Assembly (NCBI GenBank): GCA_900542595.1
Contig: UQOB01000002.1
Span: 1-53,577 of the forward strand
Length of the DNA: 53,577 nucleotides
Source of the DNA: an uncultured Mollicutes bacterium
GTDB taxonomy: Bacteria > Bacillota_I > Bacilli_A > RFN20 > CAG-826
Direction: 5' to 3'
Position 1 is the first letter of the stretch. The number at the start of each line of letters is the position of its first letter. The notes beneath the pieces were generated by a model. The model saw only the letters and a program-made list of their open reading frames with translations, ran no database searches and was not told where the DNA came from. Below, in pieces: positions 1 to 10,005 of the stretch. The translations under genes were made by a program, and so were the position numbers.

Positions 1-522
1 TCCATCGATGACTTCTTCGTTAGCTAAAACAGTTCCGAGTTCCGGGCAGAAATTGACCGGGACATCGCTGACATAGGCAAGATCATGCTCGAACATCTTG
101 ACGAAGATCCATTGAGTCCATTTATAGTAACTGGGGTCACAAGTCGCAATTTCTTTGCTCCAATCGACGCTCATACCGAGGGCTTTGATCTGTTGACGGA
201 AGTGGTCGATGTTTTTTCGCGTGATGATTTCCGGGTGTTCATTGTGCGCTATCGCGTACTGTTCAGCCGGTAAACCGAAAGCGTCCCACCCCATCGGGTG
301 AAGGACGTTAAAACCCTGCATCCGTTTCATCCGGCTCACAATGTCTGTCGCCGTGTACCCTTCCGGGTGCCCGACGTGAAGACCTTGGCTGGAAGGGAAT
401 GGGAACATGTCTAAGGCATAGTACTTCGGTTTACTGAAATCATAGACATCGCATTTAAATGTCTGATTATCATCCCAAAATTTTCGCCACTTGGCTTCTA
501 TTGTCTTGTGATCATAGCTCAT
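1..522 (-). CDS. leuS: leucyl-tRNA synthetase, N-terminal part (gene runs off the left edge of the window)
   Basis: Absent from the ORF track because it is open to the window edge. Hand translation of the minus strand from ATG 522 gives [90 protein letters not shown]..., a class I LeuRS N-terminus with a HIGH-type motif (HVGH). The ATG lies 1 nt after the glgA stop (524-526). Confidence 0.9.
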   Translation of the reverse strand, partial: MSYDHKTIEAKWRKFWDDNQTFKCDVYDFSKPKYYALDMFPFPSSQGLHVGHPEGYTATDIVSRMKRMQGFNVLHPMGWDAFGLPAEQYAIAHNEHPEIITRKNIDHFRQQIKALGMSVDWSKEIATCDPSYYKWTQWIFVKMFEHDLAYVSDVPVNFCPELGTVLANEEVIDG

Positions 523-523
523 A

Positions 524-1954
524 TTATTTCAACAATTCCTGATATAACTTCTGGTATTCTTCCGCGCTATTCTTCCACGACCAATCCTTGCTCATGCCGT
601 TTTTGGCGAGTTTATAATATAAATCTTGGTCATTATAGATCTTTTCCGACATCTCTAACGCGTAAGAAAGACCCGTATCATTATAGTCGTTGAAGACGAT
701 TCCGTCCGCTATTTTTTCGTTAGTACCATTAAATCCCACCACCGTATCCGCGAGGCCACCGGTTTTTCTGACAATCGGAAGGGTTCCGTACCGTTCACTA
801 ATCATCTGAGAAATCCCGCAGGGTTCGAATAAAGAGGGCATTAGGAAAAAGTCGCTTCCAGCATAAATCTTATGAGCAAGTTCATTGCTGAAACCGATGA
901 ATATCCCCACCGTTTCTGGGAATTCTCTCCTCAAATCTTCGAGAGCTTTTTCCATCTCATATTCCCCGCTTCCGAGGATTAAAAGATTAGCCCCCGTTTT
1001 AAGCATCTTCCGCATCCCATGTATGACGAGATCAATCCCTTTTTGCCAAGAAAGACGGCTCACAATCCCGTACACCGGCCGGTTATACCAGTGCACTCTA
1101 AATGATCTTAAGACATCAGCTTGGCAGAGGTGTTTTCCTTCTTCGACCGTGGTTTTCGTGTAATTCCGGGCTAATAACGGGTCCGTTTTCGGGTTCCATT
1201 CTTTAGTATCGATGCCGTTAAGAATCCCAACAAAATCCCGGGTTCTTAAAGCGAGAACAGACGCTAAACCTTGCCCGCTTTCTTCGACTAAGAGTTCATT
1301 TCGGTGGGTGGGACTGACGGTCGTAATCTTATCTGCGTAGATAATCCCGCTCTTTAAAGTAGAGACCATCCCTTGGAACCGGACCTTCCCCATATCGTAT
1401 AAACTATCGTCTAAATCATAGAAATTCCGTAAGTAATAACGATCAATCATTCCTTTAAAAGCCGGGTTATGAATCGTTAAGACAAACCTCATATCTTGGA
1501 AGAACGGGTCATCATAGTTTTGTTCATGAATCAAAGTCGGTATCATCCCCGTTTGCCAGTCATGGACATGGATGATATCGGGTTTTAAATTGACAAATTT
1601 TAAAAGCTTTCTAAAGGCTAATTGGAAGAAAGCGAACCGTTCTCCATCATCATCGAAGCCATAGAGTTGGGGTCTTTCAAAATAGAAATCATTTCCGATG
1701 AAGTAATAGGTTAAACCCTTCTCTTCCCGCATGTAGATTTCGGCAAGTTGTTTCCGCCAGGACATGTAGACGAAGAAAGAACCGATTTTCTTGGTATTCG
1801 GATAATGATCTTTAATCGTTTCGTAATAAGGAAGCACGATGGTCACTTCGTGTTTCAGTTTCTTTAAGGCTAAGCTTAAAGAATAGACAACATCGGCTAA
1901 ACCACCGCTTTTACAGTAAGGCAAGGCTTCGCTTGCCACCATGCAAATGTTCAT
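524..1954 (-). CDS. glgA: glycogen synthase (ADP-glucose type, GT5)
   Basis: 476 aa. N-terminus [23 protein letters not shown] matches the GlgA KxGGL motif, with the typical C-terminal GT-B region ([15 protein letters not shown]). The ATG overlaps the glgD TGA (ATGA). Confidence 0.92.
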   Translation of the reverse strand: MNICMVASEALPYCKSGGLADVVYSLSLALKKLKHEVTIVLPYYETIKDHYPNTKKIGSFFVYMSWRKQLAEIYMREEKGLTYYFIGNDFYFERPQLYGFDDDGERFAFFQLAFRKLLKFVNLKPDIIHVHDWQTGMIPTLIHEQNYDDPFFQDMRFVLTIHNPAFKGMIDRYYLRNFYDLDDSLYDMGKVRFQGMVSTLKSGIIYADKITTVSPTHRNELLVEESGQGLASVLALRTRDFVGILNGIDTKEWNPKTDPLLARNYTKTTVEEGKHLCQADVLRSFRVHWYNRPVYGIVSRLSWQKGIDLVIHGMRKMLKTGANLLILGSGEYEMEKALEDLRREFPETVGIFIGFSNELAHKIYAGSDFFLMPSLFEPCGISQMISERYGTLPIVRKTGGLADTVVGFNGTNEKIADGIVFNDYNDTGLSYALEMSEKIYNDQDLYYKLAKNGMSKDWSWKNSAEEYQKLYQELLK

Positions 1955-3069
1955 AAGATTGCCCCCTGTCTGAGGTAGATAGGATTCTCGCTATCGCCCT
2001 CGATTGCGTGTCTACTAGTGACTACCGAATATTTATCGATAATGACGTCACTCAAGGTAACGTTTTGCCCGATTGCAACGTTACTTAAGATGATCGAACG
2101 CTTAATCTTACTCCCCTTCCCGATTTTCACGTTCCGGCAGATGATGCTATCGGTAACACTGCCATCGATGACGCAGCCGTTACTGATGAAGGAGTTCTTG
2201 ATTTGGCTATGCGCTCCGTATAAAGCCGGAGGAGTATCATGGGTCAAAGTGTAAATCGGCCAATCTTCATGGAAGAGTTGCTTAATGACGTTAACATCGA
2301 GCAGTTCAAAGGAATATTGCATGTAATGTTTCATGCTATCGAAACATCTCGCGTACCCTTTGTGTTCAGCCGTATGAATTTTAAAGAGCTTATTCGTCAA
2401 AGCGTACACGAGCATATCTTTCATGTTGAAGGAGATATCAACTTGACTATGAAGATGGGTGAGGTTAGCTAAGGTTGTTCTATTGATAATCCAACATTCA
2501 AGTGAAGCATTGACTTTTTTCTTCCGACCATCATTTTTCCTGACGGAAGTGACATAACCATTTTCATCGATATCGAAAACTTGGCTACTTAAGAAAGCTT
2601 CGTCCCCGTTATCGATCTTTTGATAGATCGCGGTGATCTTTTCACCTCTTCTTATATGTTCTTCTAAGAGCGGTCTAAAATCGATATTCATCACCACGCT
2701 GGGGGAGCAGAAAATCAAGTGAGTAGCATTGCTATCGTAGAGCATCCAGTCATTTTGCCGGATGTTATTGATGTCGCTATTGTAAGCGGGGTTCAGTTGC
2801 CCCTGTTCGTTATAACAGATGTTGATTCGACCGATCTTGGTGTTTTCTAACCAGCTCAACATATTCCCCATGTGTTTTAAGATGGAACGTTGATGGTTTC
2901 TGACTAAGATACCGACCTTATTGATTTCTGAGTTACAGAAATTACTGAGCGCGAAGTCCATGAACGCGTACCGGCCGAGGAAGGAGGTACTCGCTAGATC
3001 CCTATCGCTCGTTAAAAGTCCTAAGCCTGGACTATTATGGCAATCTAAAAGCCCGATGACACCTTTCAT
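1951..3069 (-). CDS. glgD: glucose-1-phosphate adenylyltransferase, GlgD (regulatory-type) subunit
   Basis: 372 aa with a nucleotidyltransferase plus left-handed beta-helix layout. It lacks the GGxGxRL motif present in the upstream paralog. It sits between glgC and glgA as in Bacillota glg operons. Confidence 0.8.
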   Translation of the reverse strand: MKGVIGLLDCHNSPGLGLLTSDRDLASTSFLGRYAFMDFALSNFCNSEINKVGILVRNHQRSILKHMGNMLSWLENTKIGRINICYNEQGQLNPAYNSDINNIRQNDWMLYDSNATHLIFCSPSVVMNIDFRPLLEEHIRRGEKITAIYQKIDNGDEAFLSSQVFDIDENGYVTSVRKNDGRKKKVNASLECWIINRTTLANLTHLHSQVDISFNMKDMLVYALTNKLFKIHTAEHKGYARCFDSMKHYMQYSFELLDVNVIKQLFHEDWPIYTLTHDTPPALYGAHSQIKNSFISNGCVIDGSVTDSIICRNVKIGKGSKIKRSIILSNVAIGQNVTLSDVIIDKYSVVTSRHAIEGDSENPIYLRQGAIL

Positions 3070-4205
3070 TTTCTCGCTCCTTTCTGATTGACGACAAGTT
3101 CAATATCGTCATCTTTCCCTTCGACTATTTCATCTTTTTCAATCAATGTATCCGGTCCAATTATCGCGTTGATGACCTTGGCCCCACTTTCGATTTTCGC
3201 TCCGTTCATAAGGACGGAATTAGATACATAAGCTTTTTCTTCCACCAGGACTTCGTTACTGATGACTGAATGATCAACTTCCCCGAGGATGACCGCGCCT
3301 TGGTTGATGAGGCTATCCCTCACTTTCGCTTTCGGTCCGATATATTGTGGGGTGGAATAAGTATCTTCCGAATAGATAGAATTATCGTTAAAGAAGGTAT
3401 AAAGACCTCCCCCGTTATCATCGTTTAAAAGTAAATCCATGTTGGCTTGGTGGAGGGATTTCACGGTTCCAACATCTTTCCAATAGCCTTCATAGGTATA
3501 GGCAACAAGCTTTTTCTTCTCGTTAAGCATCTTAGGGATGATGTCTTTCCCAAAATCGTGATCGCTGGTCGGATCTTTAGCGTCCTGAATTAAGGCCGCT
3601 CTTAAGGTTTTATAAGTAAAGATATAGATACCCATCGAAGCTAAATTGCTCAAAGGTTTCTTAGGTTTTTCTTGGAAGGAAGTGATGTTTCCGTCTTTAT
3701 CGGTGGAAAGGATGCCGAAGCGGGAAGCTTCTTTCATGGGAACAGGGTAAACCGAGATGGTACAATCCGCTTTCGTATCGGTATGGAGTTTCAGCATCGC
3801 GTTATAAGTGGTCGAATAGATGTGGTCACCGCTTAGGATGAGGACGTATTCTGGGTCGACTTTATCGAGCCAATCGATGTTTTGATAGATAGCGTCCGCG
3901 GTCCCGAGGTACCAAGCGCTGCCTTCATCGGTTTGTTTGGGGGTGAGGACAGATGTTAAAGCTCGAACCCCGTTGAGGCCCCACTTTTGCCCGTTCCCGA
4001 CGTAACTATTAAGTTCACTACTTTCATATTGGGTTAAAACCCCAACGATATTAATGTTGCTATTGGCAAGGTTGCTTAAAGGAAAATCGATAATTCGATA
4101 TTTTCCCCCGTAGCTGACAGCCGGTTTTGCGACTTTCCGCGTTAAAGCGTGGAGACGCGTCCCCTTCCCACCAGCTAAAATCATCGCGGCGATATTGTTT
4201 CCCAT
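3066..4205 (-). CDS. glgC: glucose-1-phosphate adenylyltransferase
   Basis: Contains ILAGGKGTRL (the G-x-G-x-R-L NTP-transferase motif) and a C-terminal hexapeptide-repeat region. The ORF track starts at 4211, but AAAGGA abuts that ATG. The second ATG at 4205 has 5-nt spacing from the SD, so it is preferred. Confidence 0.9.
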   Translation of the reverse strand: MGNNIAAMILAGGKGTRLHALTRKVAKPAVSYGGKYRIIDFPLSNLANSNINIVGVLTQYESSELNSYVGNGQKWGLNGVRALTSVLTPKQTDEGSAWYLGTADAIYQNIDWLDKVDPEYVLILSGDHIYSTTYNAMLKLHTDTKADCTISVYPVPMKEASRFGILSTDKDGNITSFQEKPKKPLSNLASMGIYIFTYKTLRAALIQDAKDPTSDHDFGKDIIPKMLNEKKKLVAYTYEGYWKDVGTVKSLHQANMDLLLNDDNGGGLYTFFNDNSIYSEDTYSTPQYIGPKAKVRDSLINQGAVILGEVDHSVISNEVLVEEKAYVSNSVLMNGAKIESGAKVINAIIGPDTLIEKDEIVEGKDDDIELVVNQKGARK

Positions 4206-4293
4206 ACCCATCCTTTCTAGATGTATTTAACTAAACCTATTTTAATATAAGGGAACGATTTTTAGAAGAAACACAACAATGGAAAACATTTTT

Positions 4294-4322
4294 TCTTAAT
4301 TCCCGCTTTTTTGGTCTATAAT
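4294..4322 (+). promoter_or_regulatory. candidate sigma-70-type promoter for aspS
   Basis: Perfect TATAAT at 4317-4322 and only a weak -35 (TCTTAA/CTTAAT) 16-17 nt upstream. The aspS ATG follows at 4348, preceded by GAAGGAA. Confidence 0.3.
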
Positions 4323-4347
4323 TTCCACGCGTAGAAGGAAAAAAGAA

Positions 4348-5649
4348 ATGAAAAGAACCTTGATCAAAGACCTCAAACTCAATGAAGTTAACACTCTCGC
4401 GGGTTTTGTTGAAAATATTAGAAATAAAAAGACGATGTGTTTCATCGTTTTACGGGATATTTCGGGAAAAATTCAAATCACGATTGAAAAAGAAAAACAC
4501 CCCGAAATGATTGAAAACTTAGATAAAATCACTATCGATAGTGTGATTGAAGTAACCGGAAAAATCGTTCCCAGCGATTACGTAAAACTTAATCACATGG
4601 AAATGCTCCCCGATACTTTAGAAATCCTTTCGATCGCGCTTCCGAGCCCCATTGTCAGCCCGAAGGGCGAAGAAACTAATATTGACTTACGTCTCGATTA
4701 CCGGTGGATTGACTTAAGAACCGATAAAAATACTTTGATGTTCAAAGTCCAATCATGCTTCTTCAACGCCTGCCGGGAATTCTTAAATCAAAGGGATTTC
4801 ACGGAAATCCACACGCCTAAATTAATCGCGACGGAAAGCGAAAGCGGCGCGGGTGTCTTTAAAGTCGACTATTTTGATAGGAACGCTTACCTCGCTCAAT
4901 CGCCCCAATTCTATAAACAAATGGCGATGGCGGCCGGCTTTGAACGAATCTATGAATCGGGCCCTGTTTTCCGAGCGGAGAAATTTGCCAGTCGGAAGCA
5001 CGCGACTGAATTCACCGGTTTCGATATCGAATTCAGCTACATCGATAGTTATAAAGACGTCATGCATTTAGAAGAAGAAATGCTCCACTACGCCTTACAA
5101 GCCGTCAAAGATAAATACGGGGAAGAAATTAAGAAGGTCTTCAACATTGATGTCATTGTCCCCACTCTTCCTTTCCCGGTCATCGATTTACATGATTTAT
5201 ACGATGAACTTGAAAAACGGTACGGCTACAAAGTACCGGAAAGCGAGAAAGGCGACTTAACAACGGAAGGTGAACGGCTCTGTGAAAAGTTCAGCAAAGA
5301 AAAGTACGGCCACGAATTCCTCTTCGTCACTGGTTACAGCAAGGAAAAACGGGCCTTCTATCATATGAGGGATGAACATGGTGTCCCCTGCGGTTATGAC
5401 TTGATTTGGAAGGGCTGCGAAATCACCACGGGTGCGCAACGTGAACACCGATATGAAATCCTTAAGAAACAAGCCGAAGAAAAAGGTCTCGATAAAGACG
5501 TTAAGTTCTACCTCGAATTCTTCCGTTACGGCTGCCCGCCGCACGGGGGCTTCGGGGTCGGGGTTGACCGAATCACGATGATTCTCTTCAACGAAGGAAT
5601 TAAAGAATCGATGTTTATCTTCCGGGGACCCGACCGCTTGAATCCTTAA
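4348..5649 (+). CDS. aspS: class IIb aminoacyl-tRNA synthetase, most likely short (archaeal/type-2) aspartyl-tRNA synthetase
   Basis: 433 aa with an N-terminal OB anticodon-binding domain. Motifs seen: YLAQSPQFYKQ, FRAE...RKHATEF, DIEFSY, GGFGVGVDRI, and a C-terminal RGPDRLNP. The D-x-E pattern after motif 2 favours AspRS over AsnRS. Whether it discriminates tRNA-Asn cannot be judged from sequence. Confidence 0.78.
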   Translation: MKRTLIKDLKLNEVNTLAGFVENIRNKKTMCFIVLRDISGKIQITIEKEKHPEMIENLDKITIDSVIEVTGKIVPSDYVKLNHMEMLPDTLEILSIALPSPIVSPKGEETNIDLRLDYRWIDLRTDKNTLMFKVQSCFFNACREFLNQRDFTEIHTPKLIATESESGAGVFKVDYFDRNAYLAQSPQFYKQMAMAAGFERIYESGPVFRAEKFASRKHATEFTGFDIEFSYIDSYKDVMHLEEEMLHYALQAVKDKYGEEIKKVFNIDVIVPTLPFPVIDLHDLYDELEKRYGYKVPESEKGDLTTEGERLCEKFSKEKYGHEFLFVTGYSKEKRAFYHMRDEHGVPCGYDLIWKGCEITTGAQREHRYEILKKQAEEKGLDKDVKFYLEFFRYGCPPHGGFGVGVDRITMILFNEGIKESMFIFRGPDRLNP

Positions 5650-5710
5650 AATCTAGTTGCAAATAAAGTCCATTTAGGGTTTAATTTATAAGCGTTTGTG
5701 AGGTGAGTTT

Positions 5711-5911
5711 ATGGCAAGAAAATGTATGTTAACCGGAAAAGCAGCGTTAAGCGGCAATAATCGTAGTCACTCTATGCGGGCCACCCGACGCACTTGGGAC
5801 GTCAATTTACAAAAGCACACCATTGAAATCGACGGGAAAAAAGTGCAAGTTCGGCTCTCCGCGAGAGGCTATCGCACTTTATTAAAAGCCAACAAACAAA
5901 AAGCGGCGTAA
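5711..5911 (+). CDS. rpmB: 50S ribosomal protein L28
   Basis: 66 aa, MARKCMLTGKAALSGNNRSHSMRATRRTWDVNLQK..., with SD GAGGTGA upstream. Confidence 0.95.
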   Translation: MARKCMLTGKAALSGNNRSHSMRATRRTWDVNLQKHTIEIDGKKVQVRLSARGYRTLLKANKQKAA

Positions 5912-5931
5912 TTTAAGGTTACAAAAATGAT

Positions 5932-5960
5932 AAAATCTCTGCAAAACAGAGATTTTTTTC
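5932..5960. terminator. bidirectional rho-independent terminator between rpmB (+) and the 231-aa membrane protein gene (-)
   Basis: Stem AATCTCTG (5934-5941) pairs with CAGAGATT (5947-5954) around loop CAAAA. A T-run follows on the plus strand and an A-run precedes it. Confidence 0.6.
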
Positions 5961-5967
5961 TTTATAT

Positions 5968-6663
5968 TCAGATAAATAAGAAGCAGACGTAGCTGAGAAG
6001 TAAGAGGAATAAATTGATAAAGGGAAGGATGTTTTCATAGATCGCAAGCGTTATCTTATCCGGCCGTTTTAAACTGGTTGTCCCATCCTTCTCACTCTGC
6101 ACTTCCATATGATTCCATTCACGGATCCCCGGAAGGAAGAAGATTAAAATCGGGAGTAAAGATAAGATGATGAGGAAGAGACCTAAGCCCATCCCCACCG
6201 CTTGATTGATTACCGCGTTTCTCCCCCAAGTTAAGAGAAGTAAACCATAACAGATATTAGGAACCGACGATATTACTTGTCCAAAAACTAAAGTGTAAAA
6301 GTGGAATTTAGTCTGGGATAAGGGGATGAAATAGGATAAAGAAAGAAGCCCTTCCCCTAAGATACTCATCACTAAGGCAAAGACTAAATAGACAGTGACA
6401 TTAGTCCCAGCTTCTACGGACGCTAAAAGAAGGATGAGAGGGAAAATGAAATAGCTTAAGGCGTAGAGACTCGCCATTAAGCGAAGAATGGTGCTCTTCC
6501 CCTTTTCTTCCATTTCAAAAGTTTCATAGGGATAGTGATTTAAATAATAGGAAAGTTTTCGGTTTTCTTTTTTAAAATAAAAGGCTAAACCGAAAAGGAT
6601 AAGCAGTAACACTAAGGGGATAATAAAACCTAAACTAAGCAAGCCTTTATCGAGGTTTTCCAT
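5968..6663 (-). CDS. polytopic membrane protein, unknown function
   Basis: 231 aa with several long hydrophobic segments. The start overlaps the rpe stop by 17 nt. It occupies the slot where thiN sits in Bacillus. No family recognised. Confidence 0.6.
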   Translation of the reverse strand: MENLDKGLLSLGFIIPLVLLLILFGLAFYFKKENRKLSYYLNHYPYETFEMEEKGKSTILRLMASLYALSYFIFPLILLLASVEAGTNVTVYLVFALVMSILGEGLLSLSYFIPLSQTKFHFYTLVFGQVISSVPNICYGLLLLTWGRNAVINQAVGMGLGLFLIILSLLPILIFFLPGIREWNHMEVQSEKDGTTSLKRPDKITLAIYENILPFINLFLLLLSYVCFLFI

Positions 6664-7339
6664 TCTTTAAATCCTCAACTCTTTCAAAGAAATCATCATG
6701 GTTAAACAGGTAAGAACCCGCAACAAGGAGGTCCGCTCCATGCTTGATGGCTAAGGGGCCGGTTTCGCCATTAATGCCCCCATCGATTTCGATGATTGGT
6801 CGTTCTTCAACCGGTAATTTATCAATCTCTAGTCTTAACGAATCGAGCCGGTCTAAACTATTTTCAATGAACTTTTGTCCACCCCAACCGGGTTCCACTG
6901 ACATTAAAAGCACTAAATCGATATCTTTTAAATAAGGAATAAGAAATTCAACTGGAGTTTTAGGTTTAATCGAAAGCCCTACTTTCTTACCTAAGCTACG
7001 GATAAAGTCGATGGTCTTCCTTGTTTCTTCGTCAGTTCCCGCTTCTAAGTGGAAAGTGATGATATCAGCACCATATTTAATGAAGTCTTTGGCCCAACTG
7101 ATGGGGTCAATGACCATTAAATGAACATCGTTAATGACCTTGGAATACTTAACGACTTCCTTAAAATCTTCTAAAGAGAAAGAAGTCGGAGGAACGAACT
7201 TTCCGTCCATAACGTCAAAATGCAAAAAGTGAGCAGCGCTCTTATTTACTAGCTCTACCCCTTGCTCGATATGTTCTTTCCCGTACGCTAAAAAGCTCGG
7301 AGCGACATCAGGGAATGTAACGGACCATTTTTTCATCAT
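6647..7339 (-). CDS. rpe: ribulose-phosphate 3-epimerase
   Basis: 230 aa. Motifs: HFDVMDGKFVP, DVHLMV, MSVEPGWGGQKF, EIDGGIN. Confidence 0.92.
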   Translation of the reverse strand: MMKKWSVTFPDVAPSFLAYGKEHIEQGVELVNKSAAHFLHFDVMDGKFVPPTSFSLEDFKEVVKYSKVINDVHLMVIDPISWAKDFIKYGADIITFHLEAGTDEETRKTIDFIRSLGKKVGLSIKPKTPVEFLIPYLKDIDLVLLMSVEPGWGGQKFIENSLDRLDSLRLEIDKLPVEERPIIEIDGGINGETGPLAIKHGADLLVAGSYLFNHDDFFERVEDLKNGKPR

Positions 7340-8214
7340 TTAAATCCAAATATCCTGGACAAAAAGCCTCTCTTTTCATGGAAATTGCCTTGATCTTTCA
7401 ATACTTCATTGATAGCGTCGCCCATTTCTTTCGCGCTCTTATAACGTTCGCTGTAACGTTTTCTCGTCGCTTTTTGGATGATTTTATCAATGGCTTTGGG
7501 GACGGAGGGAACGAGTTTACTCGCTTCCGGCATCCGGTTTTTAATCTGCGCGACCGCGACTTCTTCCATCGTTTTCCCGTCAAAAGGAACAGTTCCTACT
7601 AAAAGTTCATAGAAGACGATACCCATCGAATAAATATCGCTTTGAATGACGGCTGGATCCCCTAAAAGAATCTCGGGAGCGGTATAGTAAACAGTACCAG
7701 TAATCGAATCTTTCTTGGGTTTTTCTCTTAAAGATGAGCTGATACCAAAGTCGCTGATTTTGATGGAACCATCCGGCAAATAGAATAAGTTATCCGGTTT
7801 AATATCCCGGTGGATAATACCGTGCTCATGGATGTATTGAACCCCGTGACTGAGTTGGACCATGATTTCACAGGCTTCTAATGGGCTTAAACAGTGACCG
7901 GTGGTCATATTGAGTTTATCTCTTAAGGTCCGACCTTCCACATATTCGTTCGCCATGTAAGGTCTGCCGTCAATCGTGCCATTCCCATAAACTTTCACGA
8001 TATTGGGGTTATTTAAAGAGGCGGAAGCGATGCATTCTTTCTTAAACCGAGAGAGATTTGCAGGGTTTTTCATCATATCTTCCCGGAGGAGTTTTAAGGC
8101 GACAGTTTTGTGAGTAATAACGTCATAAGCTTCATAGACGTCCGCCATCCCTCCATGCGCAATCCGGCCGGTAACCCGATAACGATTGTCGACTTTATCA
8201 CCAATTTGTATCAT
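7336..8214 (-). CDS. prkC: Hanks-type Ser/Thr protein kinase, catalytic domain only (no TM segment, no PASTA repeats)
   Basis: Motifs: GGMADVYEA, VALK, HRDIKPDN, DFGIS, APE. The ORF track extends to 8325, but that extension overlaps the PP2C gene. ATG at 8214 (MIQIGDKVDNRYRV...) is the natural start and gives about 292 aa. Confidence 0.85.
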   Translation of the reverse strand: MIQIGDKVDNRYRVTGRIAHGGMADVYEAYDVITHKTVALKLLREDMMKNPANLSRFKKECIASASLNNPNIVKVYGNGTIDGRPYMANEYVEGRTLRDKLNMTTGHCLSPLEACEIMVQLSHGVQYIHEHGIIHRDIKPDNLFYLPDGSIKISDFGISSSLREKPKKDSITGTVYYTAPEILLGDPAVIQSDIYSMGIVFYELLVGTVPFDGKTMEEVAVAQIKNRMPEASKLVPSVPKAIDKIIQKATRKRYSERYKSAKEMGDAINEVLKDQGNFHEKRGFLSRIFGFK

Positions 8215-8965
8215 GATCGATAATCTCCCAGAAAGCGCAGGCGATGTTATCGGTGCCCCCATTATGATTGGCTTCCAAAATAAGGTTTTGCACCTTTTGG
8301 TCCGCTCGTTCATCGGTGGTGACAACCGCTAAGATCTCCCGATCCTTTAAATTATTATATAATCCATCAGAACAGAGAAGAATTTTTTCCCCGTTATATT
8401 TCTTGTGAGTCAAGGTGTAAGAAAGGGAAGGATGGATGCCTAAAGCATTTAAAAGGACGTGTCTCTTTTCATGGACTTTCGCTTGTTCTTCGGTGATTTC
8501 CCCGGTGGAAACTAAGTAATTAACATAGGTTTGGTCTTTGGTTAATTGGATTAAGTTCCCATCTTTAATGATATAGGCTCTGGAATCCCCGATATTGCAG
8601 ATGAAGATATTTCGCCCGTCAATTAAACAAGCCACTAAGGTGGTTCCCATCCCTTCATAGTTACTATTTTTAATGGAATTGGTATAGATTAAATCATTAG
8701 CTTCTTTTAAAGCTTTTGCGAACCAGCGTTTGGTTAAGAAACCGGAACTATGTTGTTTCTTGCGCTCGAAGCTTTTAATCATGCTGTCGACCGCCATTTT
8801 GCTCGCTAGTTCCCCTTTTTTCTCACCGCCCATCCCGTCGCAGACAATCAAAAAGACTTCGCCATAAGCGTTCATGCTAACCATCGCTTGGTCTTCGTTA
8901 TCTTCCCTCACGCGGCCCTTGTTAGTTTTGTAAGCATATGTCCCATGAAAATCACGCTTTTTCAT
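8198..8965 (-). CDS. stp: PP2C-family Ser/Thr protein phosphatase
   Basis: 255 aa. Motifs: REDNEDQ, VCDGMGG, GDSRAY, LCSDGL, TDNI. Its TGA stop is followed directly by TAA, and it overlaps the kinase start by 17 nt. Confidence 0.9.
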   Translation of the reverse strand: MKKRDFHGTYAYKTNKGRVREDNEDQAMVSMNAYGEVFLIVCDGMGGEKKGELASKMAVDSMIKSFERKKQHSSGFLTKRWFAKALKEANDLIYTNSIKNSNYEGMGTTLVACLIDGRNIFICNIGDSRAYIIKDGNLIQLTKDQTYVNYLVSTGEITEEQAKVHEKRHVLLNALGIHPSLSYTLTHKKYNGEKILLCSDGLYNNLKDREILAVVTTDERADQKVQNLILEANHNGGTDNIACAFWEIIDHDTNW

Positions 8966-10005
8966 GCTTTTATTTTCTCATATTTCGCTCGAAGTTGACC
9001 ACAAGCAGCTTCGATGTCGGTTCCGAATTCTTTCCGGATGGTGGCTTTTAATCCCCGTTCATTTAAAGCATCTCTAAAGCGGTGAACTTGGTTATTGCTC
9101 GGCCGCATAAAGTTTTTTTCGGTAACTGGGTTAATCGGGATTAAATTAACGTAACAGAAAATATCTTTCAGTAGTTTTGTCAGTTCAATCGCATCCTCGA
9201 TTGAGTCATTGAAATCTTTAATCAAAATGTATTCGATAGTGATCCGTCTTCCGGCGACTTTTTGGTATTCCTTTAAGGCGCTTAAAAGTTCATCAAGGGA
9301 GATTTTTCTGGCAATCGGCATGATTTGTTTGCGCTTTTCATCGTTCGGAGCGTGTAAACTGATCGCTAAATTTAAGGGAAGCTTTTCATCTTTATATCTT
9401 AAGATGCCTTCCGTTAAACCGCAGGTGGAAATGGTTAAATGACGAGCCCCGATATTAAAAGCTTTCGGGTCATTAGCAATCTTTAAGAACTTAAGGCAGT
9501 TATCGTAGTTATCGAATGGTTCTCCAGTTCCCATGATGACGATGTGGCTAACTCGGTCTTCCCCTCGTTCATCTAAGATTTGATCCATCAATAAAACTTG
9601 CCCTAAAAGTTCATGGACTTCTAAACCGCGGACTTTTCTAAAGAGGCCACTCGCGCAGAAAGCGCAGCCCATCGAGCAACCGACTTCACTGCTGACGCAG
9701 ATGGCGTTTCCGTAGTCGTATGGCATAAGAGCGGTCTCGACTTTACTCCCATCTTCCATCTTAAGAAGGAGCTTAATCGTGCCGTCTTTCGCCACTCTTT
9801 GCTCGATGATTTCCGGTAACTTTAAAGAAAAATTTTGTTCAAGCTTTTCTCTTAAGGCAACCGAAAGATTAGTCATCTCACTAAAGGAGAAGACCCGTTT
9901 ATCATAAATCCAGTCGTAGATTTGTTTAGCGCGAAAACTCGATTCCCCAATCTCTTTAAAGTAAGCTTCGAGCTCCGGTAAGGTGTAATCGAGAATCGAA
10001 GTCAT
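8962..10005 (-). CDS. rlmN: 23S rRNA/tRNA (adenine-C2)-methyltransferase, radical SAM
   Basis: 347 aa. Contains the radical-SAM cluster motif CSMGCAFC, plus MGTGEP and a C-terminal AACGQL. Confidence 0.93.
   Translation of the reverse strand: MTSILDYTLPELEAYFKEIGESSFRAKQIYDWIYDKRVFSFSEMTNLSVALREKLEQNFSLKLPEIIEQRVAKDGTIKLLLKMEDGSKVETALMPYDYGNAICVSSEVGCSMGCAFCASGLFRKVRGLEVHELLGQVLLMDQILDERGEDRVSHIVIMGTGEPFDNYDNCLKFLKIANDPKAFNIGARHLTISTCGLTEGILRYKDEKLPLNLAISLHAPNDEKRKQIMPIARKISLDELLSALKEYQKVAGRRITIEYILIKDFNDSIEDAIELTKLLKDIFCYVNLIPINPVTEKNFMRPSNNQVHRFRDALNERGLKATIRKEFGTDIEAACGQLRAKYEKIKA

Noticed and set aside
4212-4347. T-box riboswitch upstream of aspS
   Set aside because: The spacer is only 136 nt. 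It lacks a recognisable specifier or T-box (AGGGUGGNACCGCG-like) sequence and has no terminator/antiterminator pair. It looks like a plain promoter plus SD.
8215-8325. N-terminal extension of the kinase ORF (MSPPMNERTKRCK...)
   Set aside because: It lies entirely inside the PP2C coding region in another frame. The kinase homology begins at MIQIGDKVDNRYRV (ATG 8214).
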